From Vicinamibacterales bacterium (GTDB taxonomy: Bacteria > Acidobacteriota > Vicinamibacteria > Vicinamibacterales > UBA8438), in NCBI GenBank assembly GCA_965237405.1, contig OZ250139.1, positions 771,820-835,819 of the forward strand: 64,000 bases of DNA, written 5' to 3'. The notes below the pieces were generated by a model. That model was not told the origin of the DNA. It did not search any database and saw only the letters and a list, made by a program, of their open reading frames with translations. Below, in pieces: positions 43,480 through 53,360 of the stretch. The first letter of the stretch is position 1, and each line of letters begins with the position of its first letter. A program made the translations under genes and the position numbers.

Positions 43480-44541
43480 TTAGTCTATCCATCCCCCGCC
43501 AACAACCGCCGTCCCATCGTAGAAGACAACGGCCTGTCCAGGAGAAATCGCCGGTTGCGGGGATTCGAACTCGACGCTCGCTGAGGTCGGGCCCGTGGGC
43601 CGTACGACCGCGGTTGCCTGGGGATGGTGGTGGCGAATTTGTGCGGTGACCTTAGTCGGTCCAGACAGGGGCTTGCCTGAGATCCAGTTCACACGCGAAG
43701 CCGTCAGCATCGTTCGCTCGATCGCCTCTCGCGGACCAACCGTGACGGTTCGTGAGCCTGCATCTATCGACACCACGTAGAGTGGGACCGGACTTGATAG
43801 CCCGAGACCCTTGCGCTGACCCACCGTGAACCGATGGATACCAGCATGTTTCCCGACGACGCGGCCCGTCGTATCAGTAATTGGTCCTGGCGCCGCCGCT
43901 TCGGGGACGTGGCGCTCAACGAATCCAGCGTAGTCACCGTCGGGCACGAAGCATATCTCGTGGCTATCGGGCTTGTCGGCCACCGGCAGTTGCTGTGCGG
44001 CGGCGTAGGCGCGGACTTCCAGTTTACTAAGCTCACCAAGGGGGAATTGTGCGTGCGCTAGCTGATCCTGGGTCAGTGTGAAGAGGAAATACGACTGATC
44101 CTTGTCCAGGTCGAGTCCGCGTCGTAACACGCGATGGCCTCGGCCATCCGACTCCACACGTGCATAGTGACCGGTCGCGACCGTTGTCGCGCCCAGGCCC
44201 AGAGCCCGATCAAGCAGGTTGGTGAACTTGAGCTTGCCGTTGCAGTGCACACACGGAATCGGGGTCCGCGCGGACGCGTAGTCTCGCACGAAGCCTGACA
44301 CGACATGGGCATTAAACTCACGCTCGAAATTCAGGATGTAGTGTGGGATGCCCAGCTTCGTGGCGACACGTCGTGCGTCGTGAAGGTCGTCGATCGAACA
44401 GCAGCTACCAAACGAAGTTTGACCGCTTTGCTGGTCGTAGAGCTGCATCGACAGGCCGATCACGTCGTGTCCCTGCTCGGACAGCATGGCCGCGGCAACC
44501 GATGAGTCGACGCCGCCGGACATGGCGGCGACCACCCTCAA
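43480..44541 (-). CDS. mnmA: tRNA 2-thiouridine(34) synthase
   Basis: MRVVAAMSGGVDSSVAA (PP-loop), CCSIDD, IPCVHCN and CFV. Confidence 0.92.
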   Translation of the reverse strand: MRVVAAMSGGVDSSVAAAMLSEQGHDVIGLSMQLYDQQSGQTSFGSCCSIDDLHDARRVATKLGIPHYILNFEREFNAHVVSGFVRDYASARTPIPCVHCNGKLKFTNLLDRALGLGATTVATGHYARVESDGRGHRVLRRGLDLDKDQSYFLFTLTQDQLAHAQFPLGELSKLEVRAYAAAQQLPVADKPDSHEICFVPDGDYAGFVERHVPEAAAPGPITDTTGRVVGKHAGIHRFTVGQRKGLGLSSPVPLYVVSIDAGSRTVTVGPREAIERTMLTASRVNWISGKPLSGPTKVTAQIRHHHPQATAVVRPTGPTSASVEFESPQPAISPGQAVVFYDGTAVVGGGWID

Positions 44542-45698
44542 GACACCTCCCGCGCTGTCAGCCGGCGCAGCTTGTTCACGACGACAGGCATGATCTCGAC
44601 GACGCGATCGACCTGTTCCTTGGTGTTGCCGAGTCCAAGACTAAAGCGGATTGAGTTCTGTGCACGGTGGGGCGAGAACCCCATCGCGCGTAGGACGTGT
44701 GAGGGTTCCAGTGTTCCGGACGAGCAGGCGGAGCCAGTCGACACTGCGATACCTTCGAGATCCAACGCGATCAACAGCGACTCGGCTTCTACCCGGTCGA
44801 AGCTGATATTGGTCGTATTGCACACGCGCTGGGTGATGTCGCCATTGACGGCAGTACTGGAAACCGCCCTGAGGATTCCAGACTCAAGCCGATCGCGCAG
44901 TGCGCCCACCCGTGCGATCTCGCCTGCGAGCTTCCCTGTCGCCAGTTGGGCGGCTTCTCCGAGCCCTGCGATGCCAGGAACATTCTCGGTGCCGGCGCGG
45001 CGGTTCCGCTCCTGTCGTCCACCGGTCATCATGGACGTGAGCCGGGATCCCCGACGGATCCACAGGGCGCCGACGCTCTTGGGACCGTTGAACTTGTGGG
45101 CGGACAACGACAATAGGTCGACTCCGAGCTCCGCGACGTCAATGCCCAGCTTTCCCACTGACTGCACGGCGTCTGTGTGGAACAGCGCACCGTGTCGATG
45201 TGCCAAGTCGGCAAGCTGCGGAATCGGTTGGATCGTGCCGATCTCGTTGTTTACGTACATCACCGATACGAGCGCAGTCTCGTCGGTCAGGGCGTCTTCG
45301 AGCGCCGACGGCTCGATTACACCACTCCCGTCGACGGGGAGAAGCGACGTAGACCACCCACGCTTCCGAAAGGCCTTGAGTGTATTCAAGACCGCCTCGT
45401 GCTCAATGCCGCTGGCAATCAGGTGGCGACGCTTGGTAGGGGCGAGCGCCTCGGCAACCCCACGAATCGCAAGATTGTCGGATTCGGTGCCACCACTCGT
45501 GAACACGATTTCTTGGGGCCCGCAACCCAGCAGGGCCGCAACGGCGGATCGAGCCTCGTCGATGATAGCCTTGGCCGTCTGACCAAAGTAATGGACGCTT
45601 GATGCATTACCGAACTGGCTGCCCAGGACGTTTGACACCAGCTCAACGACCGCCGGATCGACCGGTGTCGTGGCATTGTGGTCAAGGTAGATTCGCAT
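44538..45698 (-). CDS. Cysteine desulfurase (NifS/IscS/YrvO-like), 4-nt overlap with mnmA
   Basis: IYLDHNATTP, SAHKFNGPKSVGAL (PLP lysine) and STGSACSSG (catalytic Cys loop). Confidence 0.9.
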   Translation of the reverse strand: MRIYLDHNATTPVDPAVVELVSNVLGSQFGNASSVHYFGQTAKAIIDEARSAVAALLGCGPQEIVFTSGGTESDNLAIRGVAEALAPTKRRHLIASGIEHEAVLNTLKAFRKRGWSTSLLPVDGSGVIEPSALEDALTDETALVSVMYVNNEIGTIQPIPQLADLAHRHGALFHTDAVQSVGKLGIDVAELGVDLLSLSAHKFNGPKSVGALWIRRGSRLTSMMTGGRQERNRRAGTENVPGIAGLGEAAQLATGKLAGEIARVGALRDRLESGILRAVSSTAVNGDITQRVCNTTNISFDRVEAESLLIALDLEGIAVSTGSACSSGTLEPSHVLRAMGFSPHRAQNSIRFSLGLGNTKEQVDRVVEIMPVVVNKLRRLTAREVS

Positions 45699-45849
45699 TC
45701 GACTTCAATCTTAGCACCACCCCTAACCATCAGCAATGAAAGGACTAGACACGATCTGGACCCTCCCGTATACTGATCCGAACCGGCGCGACGACAGGTG
45801 CCCATTCTAGTGGTTCTTGTGACTCGGCGTGAAGAGTGGAGAGTACGTG

Positions 45850-46428
45850 ATGTGGAAACGGGACGAAACGGTTAGACCTGAGTCTCCGGTGTTGAGTGCC
45901 GACCTTGTTAAGGCAGGCACCCGTGTTTCAGCTTCGGTGGCGTCCTCGGGCGACGTATCGAGCAGTTCCCATAGACAGGACATCGTCAACATCGGCAAGT
46001 CCGTGATCATCAAGGGTGAGCTGAGCGGAAGTGAGGACCTGATCATTGAGGGGAAGGTCAACGGCCAGATCGAGCTACCCGATCACCTGTTGACCATCGG
46101 ACCGAACGGCAAGATCAAGGCGACCATTCATGCCAAATCTGTGGCTGTCATGGGACACGTTATTGGCAATATTTCGGCAAGCGACAAGATCAACATTCGG
46201 GAGAACGGTCGGGTTGAGGGTGACATTAACGCGCCGATCGTCGCGATCGCTGAAGGCGCGCAGTTCAGGGGCAGTATTGACATGGGTCGGCAAGCGGTGG
46301 CGCGTGAGTCCCAGCCCGGAAGCGTGACGTCGGCTAAGGTAAAATCGAAGCCAAAGTCGAATCCGGATATGGGGCGCGCCGCCAAACCAGCCGCGGCGCC
46401 GGCACCTGCCGCTCGGGCGGCGTACTGA
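45850..46428 (+). CDS. Bactofilin-family cytoskeletal protein with Ala/Pro/Lys-rich tail
   Basis: IGKSVIIKGELSGSEDLIIEGKVNGQIEL...IGPNGKIKATIHAKSVAVMGHVIGNI...GRVEGDINAPIVAIAEGAQFRGSIDM. Confidence 0.8.
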   Translation: MWKRDETVRPESPVLSADLVKAGTRVSASVASSGDVSSSSHRQDIVNIGKSVIIKGELSGSEDLIIEGKVNGQIELPDHLLTIGPNGKIKATIHAKSVAVMGHVIGNISASDKINIRENGRVEGDINAPIVAIAEGAQFRGSIDMGRQAVARESQPGSVTSAKVKSKPKSNPDMGRAAKPAAAPAPAARAAY

Positions 46429-46598
46429 TTTGACAGACTGAGCGACAGCCCACTTACTTCCTCTCGATCGGTTCCCGCATCGGCGCTGGGATGAGACACG
46501 TGTGACCTGCTGGGGTAGGCACTGCCCACGCGTATCGCGAATGCGCGGCTCGGGCCGTGACCGCCGACGGCAAGTGTCATGGATCAGAAGAGAACGGT

Positions 46599-47222
46599 AT
46601 GAGTCGCGTGCGACGAACCGCTCAAGTGTTTCCGAGTCGGGGCCTTTCGAAGTTCGTTACGGCGCTGATGCTTCGGGAGGCTCCGACCGTCGTCGATCTC
46701 GGCCCTGCGGTGGGCGCCAACGTTACGTTTTTGGGCGAGCGGCTTGGCTGCAAGTTGCGTATCGAGAATCTACTTGCAGATAAAGAGACGTGGTTGCCGA
46801 GCCCAGAAGAAGACGAGGGCGATGAGTTGGGCGACGACTTAGATCAACCTCTGAGGGAGCGAGCGCTTCGAATCTCGAGTGAGACGGTCGATGGCGTGCT
46901 GTGTTGGGATGTCTTTGACTACCTCGACCGCCATGGTGCAAGGACGCTCGCCGCTGAGATCACGCGCGTGTTGAAGCCCGGCGGCGTCGTTTTTCTTTGC
47001 CATCGGGCAGAGCAATGTCTACTAGCCGGGTCGATGGAGTACGAGGTCATCGATGAAACGACCTTACGCTATCGGATGAGCGCAAGGTTGGGTCCGGTTC
47101 CACGCGTCTGGCAGAGTCGGGATATGACGAGCATGTTCGACCGGCTTGCGGTCGCGTATTCGTTCTTGCTGACCAATCGAATGCGAGAGATCGTACTGAC
47201 ACGGTCTGCCGCCTCGGCTTGA
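46599..47222 (+). CDS. Class I SAM-dependent methyltransferase-like protein
   Basis: Motif I-like VVDLGPAVGANV, post-I LRIENL, VDGVLCWDVFDYL and LKPGGVVFL. The start is chosen at MSRVRR. Confidence 0.5.
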   Translation: MSRVRRTAQVFPSRGLSKFVTALMLREAPTVVDLGPAVGANVTFLGERLGCKLRIENLLADKETWLPSPEEDEGDELGDDLDQPLRERALRISSETVDGVLCWDVFDYLDRHGARTLAAEITRVLKPGGVVFLCHRAEQCLLAGSMEYEVIDETTLRYRMSARLGPVPRVWQSRDMTSMFDRLAVAYSFLLTNRMREIVLTRSAASA

Positions 47223-47273
47223 GCAGATTGACCGTGTCGTTTTCGGTTGGGTCGGCGCGGGGGAGTCAACTGC

Positions 47274-48068
47274 ATGGCCCGTTCGACGGTCGCCCTGTTA
47301 AGCGACTTTGGTGTTCGAGACCACTACGTTGCTGCGATGAAAGCCGTTGTACTTGGTATTTGTCCGGACGTCACGCTTGTCGACATCTCGCATGACCTGC
47401 CACCGCATGATGTTTTCACCGGCGGTCTTGAGCTGGCCGCGGTCTACAACTTGTTTCCCGTTGGCACTATTTTTCTCGTGGTTGTCGATCCGGGTGTTGG
47501 ATCGGCACGTCGTGGTATAGCAGGCGACACAGGTAACTACCGATTCGTGGCGCCCGATAACGGCGTGTTAACCTCCGTCTTTCAGGAAAGCCCGCCCAAG
47601 AAACTGGTCGAGTTGACGGAGCGTCGCTACGCACGGCCGACTGTGAGCCATACGTTCGAGGGGCGTGACCGATTTGCGCCAGCCGCAGCGTGGCTCGCGA
47701 AGAATATCCAGCTTTCGGCATTTGGTCGTCCGCTCACCGATTACGTTAAACTCGACATTCCGGTTCCGGAGACGCGCGGCTCGGAGCTTGTGGGCCAGGT
47801 GCTCCGTGTTGACCATTTCGGAAATCTCGTATCTAACATCAACCGCAAGACTTTCGAAGGCTTCGCGCAGGCGGCAGGAGGCATCCAGATCCAGGTTGGC
47901 ACGAGCACGATCGGACGATTAGTGGAAACCTATACTGACATTATGGAAGGTGAGGTGTGCGCGCTATTCGGGAGCACGGAGCATTTGGAGTTTGCAGCCA
48001 GCGTTGCCAGGGCCGTGGATCGGCTCGGCGTTGATCGGGGTGCATCGGTTGTCGTTAGTCCCGACTAG
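47274..48068 (+). CDS. SAM hydrolase / S-adenosyl-L-methionine hydroxide adenosyltransferase family (DUF62)
   Basis: VALLSDFGVRDHYVAAMKAVVLGICPDVTLVDISHDLPPHDV, VVVDPGVGS, FVAPDNGVL and DHFGNLVSNI. Confidence 0.8.
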   Translation: MARSTVALLSDFGVRDHYVAAMKAVVLGICPDVTLVDISHDLPPHDVFTGGLELAAVYNLFPVGTIFLVVVDPGVGSARRGIAGDTGNYRFVAPDNGVLTSVFQESPPKKLVELTERRYARPTVSHTFEGRDRFAPAAAWLAKNIQLSAFGRPLTDYVKLDIPVPETRGSELVGQVLRVDHFGNLVSNINRKTFEGFAQAAGGIQIQVGTSTIGRLVETYTDIMEGEVCALFGSTEHLEFAASVARAVDRLGVDRGASVVVSPD

Positions 48069-48133
48069 CGCACAATCTCTTGGGTCACCGCTAGGTCCCC
48101 GAGCCTGCATCTAGCCGGTGGAGAGTTATCGTC

Positions 48134-49363
48134 ATGATTGATTTCGCCTTGACCGAGGAGCAGACGATCCTGGGCCAGACGGTACGTGAGTGGGCCGCCC
48201 GCGAGGTGGCGCCCCGTATTCATGATCTTGACCGCGAGCATCGGTTCGACCCAGAGATATTGACGCAGATGGCTTCGTTGGGGCTATTGGGTATCTGCGT
48301 GCCGTCCAAGTACGGTGGTGCGGGGATGGACTACCTCAGTCTCGGTCTGGCGTGTGAGGAGTTGGAGTACGTTGATACCTCGCTTCGCGTGGTCATATCC
48401 GTCCACGTTAGCCTTAATTGTCTCAGTCTGCTGAGCTGGGGCACTGAGGCCCAGCGCCAAAAATACCTGGTTCCCCAAGCACACGGTAAGAAGGTCGCTA
48501 GCTACGGGCTGACCGAACCGGCGGCAGGGAGTGACGTTAGGGGCATGCAGTCGTTCGCGGTTAGGAACGGTGACACTTGGGTGCTGAACGGCGAGAAGAT
48601 GTGGATTTCATTGAGCGATGTGGCTGACCATTTTCTCGTGTTCGTCTGGACCGACCAAGAAAAGAAGAAGCAACGCGACGTATCTGGTATCAGCGCTTTC
48701 ATCGTTGAGCGTGGCTTTCCTGGATTCTCGAGTGGGACGTTGAAGGAAAAATGGGGAATCCTCGCCGGCAACACTGGCTTTTTCAAGATGGATAACGTCG
48801 AGGTGCCGACCGATAACATGCTCGGGCGTGAAGGCGAGGGTTTCAAGATCGCGATGTTCGCACTGGATCAGGGCCGCTTATCAGTGGCCGCCGGTGCGAC
48901 CGGCCTCATTAGGGCCTGCCGCGATGCCAGCGTCTCCTATGCACGAGAGCGAAAAACATTTGGCGTGGAGATTGGACAGCATCAGTTGGTCAAGGAAATG
49001 ATCGCCCAAATGGAATCAGATTACCAAGTTTCGCGCCTGCTTTGGTTGCGGTCGGGTTGGCTCAAGAATATCGGGCGTCGCAACACTCGTGAGACCGGTC
49101 TTGCGAAGTGGTTTTCAACCGTCGCCTCGGAGCGGGCAGCCAGCGACGCCGTGCAGATCCACGGTGCGAACGGCTACTCCGACGAGTACCCGGTGGGGCG
49201 ATACTACCGGAACTGCAAGGGTGCCGTGATCTATGAGGGGACGCGGGAGATCCATAAGATCATGCAGGCCGATTACTTGCTTGGGTATCGATCCGACAAG
49301 CCAGTCCGATGCAGCCTGCCGGCGTTCGGGGCTGAGGCGGCAGAGCGAACGCCGGCAGGCTGA
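48134..49363 (+). CDS. Acyl-CoA dehydrogenase
   Basis: FALTEEQ, GLTEPAAGSD, W(I)SLS, ANGYSDEYPVGRYYRNCKGAVIYEGTREI. Confidence 0.88.
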   Translation: MIDFALTEEQTILGQTVREWAAREVAPRIHDLDREHRFDPEILTQMASLGLLGICVPSKYGGAGMDYLSLGLACEELEYVDTSLRVVISVHVSLNCLSLLSWGTEAQRQKYLVPQAHGKKVASYGLTEPAAGSDVRGMQSFAVRNGDTWVLNGEKMWISLSDVADHFLVFVWTDQEKKKQRDVSGISAFIVERGFPGFSSGTLKEKWGILAGNTGFFKMDNVEVPTDNMLGREGEGFKIAMFALDQGRLSVAAGATGLIRACRDASVSYARERKTFGVEIGQHQLVKEMIAQMESDYQVSRLLWLRSGWLKNIGRRNTRETGLAKWFSTVASERAASDAVQIHGANGYSDEYPVGRYYRNCKGAVIYEGTREIHKIMQADYLLGYRSDKPVRCSLPAFGAEAAERTPAG

Positions 49364-49369
49364 GATCGT

Positions 49370-51196
49370 ATGGCACGAGAATCTCGTTCTACGCTAGGAC
49401 TAACGGCGCTGTGGATCGTTCAGGCGGCGCTGGGAGCGAGTCTGTTCGGACAGGTTCCGGTTTCCGACTCGGCGTCGCCCGTCACAATGCCCGATGGCAC
49501 GCCTCTCGAAGGCGAGCAGTTCCCCCGATTCCTTCGACCCACGCACGAGGGCATGTTCGGCTTTGAGGACTTTCTCGTCATCGGAGATCATTCGACGGTA
49601 ACCTTCGAGCGTCGAGACGTTGAATCAGAAACGGGTTACGTCAAGGAGACGTGGTCGCGCGTAGGCACGACGTCGGTTGGTGGTCTACTGGCCAGCGTGT
49701 TTCAGCCTATCTGGACAACGACCGATCTCAATGCCGGCCTACAAACCCAGCGCTGGGGCGTTGACCACCCGTATCTGCTATGGGGTGAGGTTGTGGTCCC
49801 CGCTGTCGGCGGGACCATTCGGCGCGACGTTTACCTGCAGATCGTGCCAACCAATATCCCGCGCTCGCGCGTAGTGCAGGTCGACGATTCGATCCAGTAC
49901 GCCAGCCATACAGTCAATATTTGGATACCTGATTTTGCCGAATCACGACTTTCAGATGGGGACCGGGGTATCGATATCGCCGCTGTCACTCGCCGTTTCT
50001 ATGACGTGTTTGCCGACGACTACGAGACTATTGCGATCTTGAGCCAGACGACCCTATTGACGAGTCAGATCGGGTTCCGTTGGAATGTGCAGAACCAGAT
50101 TGAAGGGATTGGTATACCGCTGTTCGATGAGAGCGGGGCGTACGGAAGCGCTGGTACGCTACTCGGCGTCGAAGTGTATCCGCCGGGCGGATGGGCGGCC
50201 GGCAGGGCGACGCTCCATCAGCAAGTGCACCAGTGGGGCGAGTACTCTCGGGTGTGGGATCAGCTCAGCATTGATAGGTTGGGCGATGACCCGGCGCGCC
50301 ACACGCCGCTTATTGGTCCTAGTGCCGTCCTCGCCGGCGCCGTCCTCGAGGGAACGCGAAGCGTTGCCCTGGCCGGATCGCAATTGGCGACGATTGCGCT
50401 GACCCCGTCGCCAATTGAGTTTCATCCACTCACGCTCTATCGAATGGGGTTGATCGATTTCGAGAGCCTTCCCGAGATTCGGGTCTTTCGGGAACAAGGA
50501 CAGTTCAATCCTGACCAGCGGAGCTCGCCGCCGGTTGGCACAGTTGTCCAGGGAGAGCTCCTTCCCGTTTTTGCCAGCGATTTTGTCGCAGCCGACGGTC
50601 AGCGTCGTGGTCCGATCGCTTCTCGGGTTAGGCGGGCTACGATCTACGTGTCACGCGACGGGTTGGCATCGTCGGCCGAGATGGATGTCGTGAACTTCTA
50701 TGCTGCGCGGATGGCCGAACAAAACGGGGTAACTAGCTGGGATGGTTATCCAAGTTTTTTCGAAGCGACGGGCGGTCTCGCGACGATGACGACCGATGTC
50801 ACGCCTCGACCGGGTGCTACTGTGGATGGCAAGATCGAGGCTGAAGGTCTCACGCTCGGGTACCTCGACGTGGCCAACGACGTGCTAACGGGGGTGCTGC
50901 TTGATAGCCCGATTCCCGGGCGAATCGTTCCGAATCAGGCAGTCACGCTCTCCGGGATCGTTACGGCTGACGACCGCGACGACTTTACGATTGTCTGCTT
51001 CAGGTTCATCAGGTACGGTTCAGTCGACCCGAACGAAGTCTTCCTGTGCAGTAGCCTTGCCGGTAACCGTTTTTCGGTCGACCACACGTTCCGGATAAGC
51101 CAACGCGGCACGTACACCGTTGAGCCTTTTCTGTTTTGGGGTGGATCCGGCCCTCAGTTCGCGCGGTCACGATACGGCGTGGTCGTCGTTGACTAG
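49370..51196 (+). CDS. Large exported hypothetical protein (608 aa)
   Basis: Signal peptide (LGLTALWIVQAALGASLFGQ). No family recognised. Its start is 6 nt after the ACAD stop. Confidence 0.55.
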   Translation: MARESRSTLGLTALWIVQAALGASLFGQVPVSDSASPVTMPDGTPLEGEQFPRFLRPTHEGMFGFEDFLVIGDHSTVTFERRDVESETGYVKETWSRVGTTSVGGLLASVFQPIWTTTDLNAGLQTQRWGVDHPYLLWGEVVVPAVGGTIRRDVYLQIVPTNIPRSRVVQVDDSIQYASHTVNIWIPDFAESRLSDGDRGIDIAAVTRRFYDVFADDYETIAILSQTTLLTSQIGFRWNVQNQIEGIGIPLFDESGAYGSAGTLLGVEVYPPGGWAAGRATLHQQVHQWGEYSRVWDQLSIDRLGDDPARHTPLIGPSAVLAGAVLEGTRSVALAGSQLATIALTPSPIEFHPLTLYRMGLIDFESLPEIRVFREQGQFNPDQRSSPPVGTVVQGELLPVFASDFVAADGQRRGPIASRVRRATIYVSRDGLASSAEMDVVNFYAARMAEQNGVTSWDGYPSFFEATGGLATMTTDVTPRPGATVDGKIEAEGLTLGYLDVANDVLTGVLLDSPIPGRIVPNQAVTLSGIVTADDRDDFTIVCFRFIRYGSVDPNEVFLCSSLAGNRFSVDHTFRISQRGTYTVEPFLFWGGSGPQFARSRYGVVVVD

Positions 51197-51396
51197 TTGG
51201 CAGCATAGGAGAACCAGGACCGACCAGCTCCTATTGAGACTCGACGCTGTCATCATCTTGCTTCCGATGCTTGCGACGCCGCAGGGGTCGTTTGGTCTTG
51301 TCTTCATGGGCACCGCCCTGCTGACGAGGAAGTGGGACGCGCGGTCGCGTCGGCCTCGTTCGATTTGCCTTGGGTCGACCCAGCGACCGTTGAGTC

Positions 51397-52041
51397 ATGT
51401 CTCATCGTACTCCGATACAGCGAAAGGTTGATGTCGTATCGCCGGCATCTGATGTCATGCAGGAGGCGGCGATGGCGCTGGCCGATGGCCTGTTGGTTGC
51501 GTACCCCACGGACACCGTTTACGGGATCGCCGCTGACACGGGACGGATCAAGGCGATTGAGCGTGTGTTTCGGGCGAAGGGTCGGTCGTCCGACCTCGCG
51601 ATTCCCTTGATCGCGGCGACCATCGACCAGGTGGCAAGCGATGTTGGACGATTGACGCCATTGGCGAAGCGTCTCGCCGACCGCTTCTGGCCAGGACCTC
51701 TAACGCTCGTGCTGCGTGCCGTCGTCGGGTTAGACCCCCGGCTGCTTGGGGGACGAGATAGCGTTGCCGTCCGCGTTCCAGATCACGCGGTCGCCAGAGG
51801 TCTAGCGGCGGCACTCGGGCGCCCGATCACTGCGACAAGCGCAAACCGAAGCGGCGGTTCGCCTGGGCTATCGGCTCAGGAGGTGAAGGAGATGCTCGGT
51901 CCGGAGCTTCACCTCGTCCTCGACGGCGGGCGGGCGAGAGGTGACGTGCCGTCCACGATCGTAGATGTGCGTGGAGCGAAACCGGTACTTATTCGCAGTG
52001 GCGTGGTGCCGTGGAAGCGCGTGCTACAATCGCTGCCGTGA
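51397..52041 (+). CDS. tsaC: L-threonylcarbamoyladenylate synthase (YrdC/TsaC type)
   Basis: LVAYPTDTVYGIAAD, KGRSSDLAIPL, FWPGPLTLVL, TSANRSG and STIVD. Confidence 0.85.
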   Translation: MSHRTPIQRKVDVVSPASDVMQEAAMALADGLLVAYPTDTVYGIAADTGRIKAIERVFRAKGRSSDLAIPLIAATIDQVASDVGRLTPLAKRLADRFWPGPLTLVLRAVVGLDPRLLGGRDSVAVRVPDHAVARGLAAALGRPITATSANRSGGSPGLSAQEVKEMLGPELHLVLDGGRARGDVPSTIVDVRGAKPVLIRSGVVPWKRVLQSLP

Positions 52042-53360
52042 AAAAGTTCGGGCGGGTAGTGCATCACGCTCGGACGAAAGAGCATGCGGCTATCGTCGGT
52101 CTGGCATACGGTTCCCGCCATCGTGACGCGGTTGAATCCTCCCTGGACGAGCTCGGCAGCCTAGCCGAGACCGCCGGCGCGGCGGTGCAAATCCGCTGCT
52201 TGCAGGAGCGGCCAAAGCCCGCCCCGTCTTGCTTTCTCGGCCGCGGCAAAGTCGTCGACTTAGCCCGTGTCTTCGATGAGTCTGAGGTTGACCTCGTCGT
52301 CTTCGACAACGAGCTGACTCCTGTCCAGCTGCGTAATCTGGAAGAGTCCTTTGGGTGCCGAGTGGTGGACCGAACGCAGCTCATCTTGGATATCTTCGCG
52401 TCGCGGGCACGAACTAAGGAAGGCAAGTTGCAGGTCGAGTTGGCGCAGCTCGAATACATGTTGCCGCGTTTGGCCGGTTCGGGGATCGCTCTGTCGAGGT
52501 TGGGGGCTGGAATCGGAACCCGAGGGCCAGGCGAGACCAAGCTCGAGACGGACCGTCGGCGTATCCGACGTCGGATTGGGCGGCTGGCACGAGAGCTTGA
52601 GGCTGTACGCGAGCGACGGGCTCGGTCCCGTGACCGACGTCATAAACATTCGGTGCCAACGGTGGCTCTGGTCGGCTATACAAACGCAGGCAAGAGTTCG
52701 CTCTTTAATTTGCTGACAAAGAGTAACGCGGTCGTGTCGAACGCATTATTTACGACGCTGGGTCCGTTGGTACGGCCGTTGCAGCTGCCGGACCACCGAA
52801 TGGTTCTGGTGTCAGACACGGTCGGCTTTATCAAGCGTCTCCCGCACACGCTGGTTGCGGCGTTTCGAGCCACTCTTGAAGAAGTGTCGTCCTCGACCCT
52901 GCTGCTGCATGTTATCGATGCGAGCCATCCAGATTACGAGGAACGCATGGCCGCCGTACGACGGGTCTTGGAAGAAGTCGGCGCCGACAAAGTCCAGAGC
53001 TTGCTGGTGCTCAATAAGATGGACCGGTTGAGCGGACTGGACCGTGAGCGAATTACCAGGCGATTTTCAGATGCCATTGCGGTTTCGGCACTGACTGGTG
53101 TCGGCCGGTCCGAGCTGGTCATGGCTGTGACGAAGGTCTTGGGCCTCGACGTACGCCGGCTGACCGTGGAGTTCGACGTCTCGGCCCTGGCCGATAGGCA
53201 GCGGTTGTCCCAGCTCTATCGATACGGGCGCGTGCTGCGCCACGAGCGTCGTGGCGGCCGCGTATCCGTGGACGCCGAGGTGCCGCGGCGGTTCGCCGTC
53301 AGATGGTCGGGCCGGCAGCTTGACGAGTGGCCAGGCGGCGAGGGGGTAGGGCAGCAGTGA
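52038..53360 (+). CDS. hflX: GTPase HflX
   Basis: GRGKVVDL...VVFDNELTPVQLRNLEE, G1 GYTNAGKSSLFN, G3 DTVGF and G4 NKMD. GTG 52038 overlaps the tsaC TGA (GTGA). Confidence 0.9.
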   Translation: MKKFGRVVHHARTKEHAAIVGLAYGSRHRDAVESSLDELGSLAETAGAAVQIRCLQERPKPAPSCFLGRGKVVDLARVFDESEVDLVVFDNELTPVQLRNLEESFGCRVVDRTQLILDIFASRARTKEGKLQVELAQLEYMLPRLAGSGIALSRLGAGIGTRGPGETKLETDRRRIRRRIGRLARELEAVRERRARSRDRRHKHSVPTVALVGYTNAGKSSLFNLLTKSNAVVSNALFTTLGPLVRPLQLPDHRMVLVSDTVGFIKRLPHTLVAAFRATLEEVSSSTLLLHVIDASHPDYEERMAAVRRVLEEVGADKVQSLLVLNKMDRLSGLDRERITRRFSDAIAVSALTGVGRSELVMAVTKVLGLDVRRLTVEFDVSALADRQRLSQLYRYGRVLRHERRGGRVSVDAEVPRRFAVRWSGRQLDEWPGGEGVGQQ

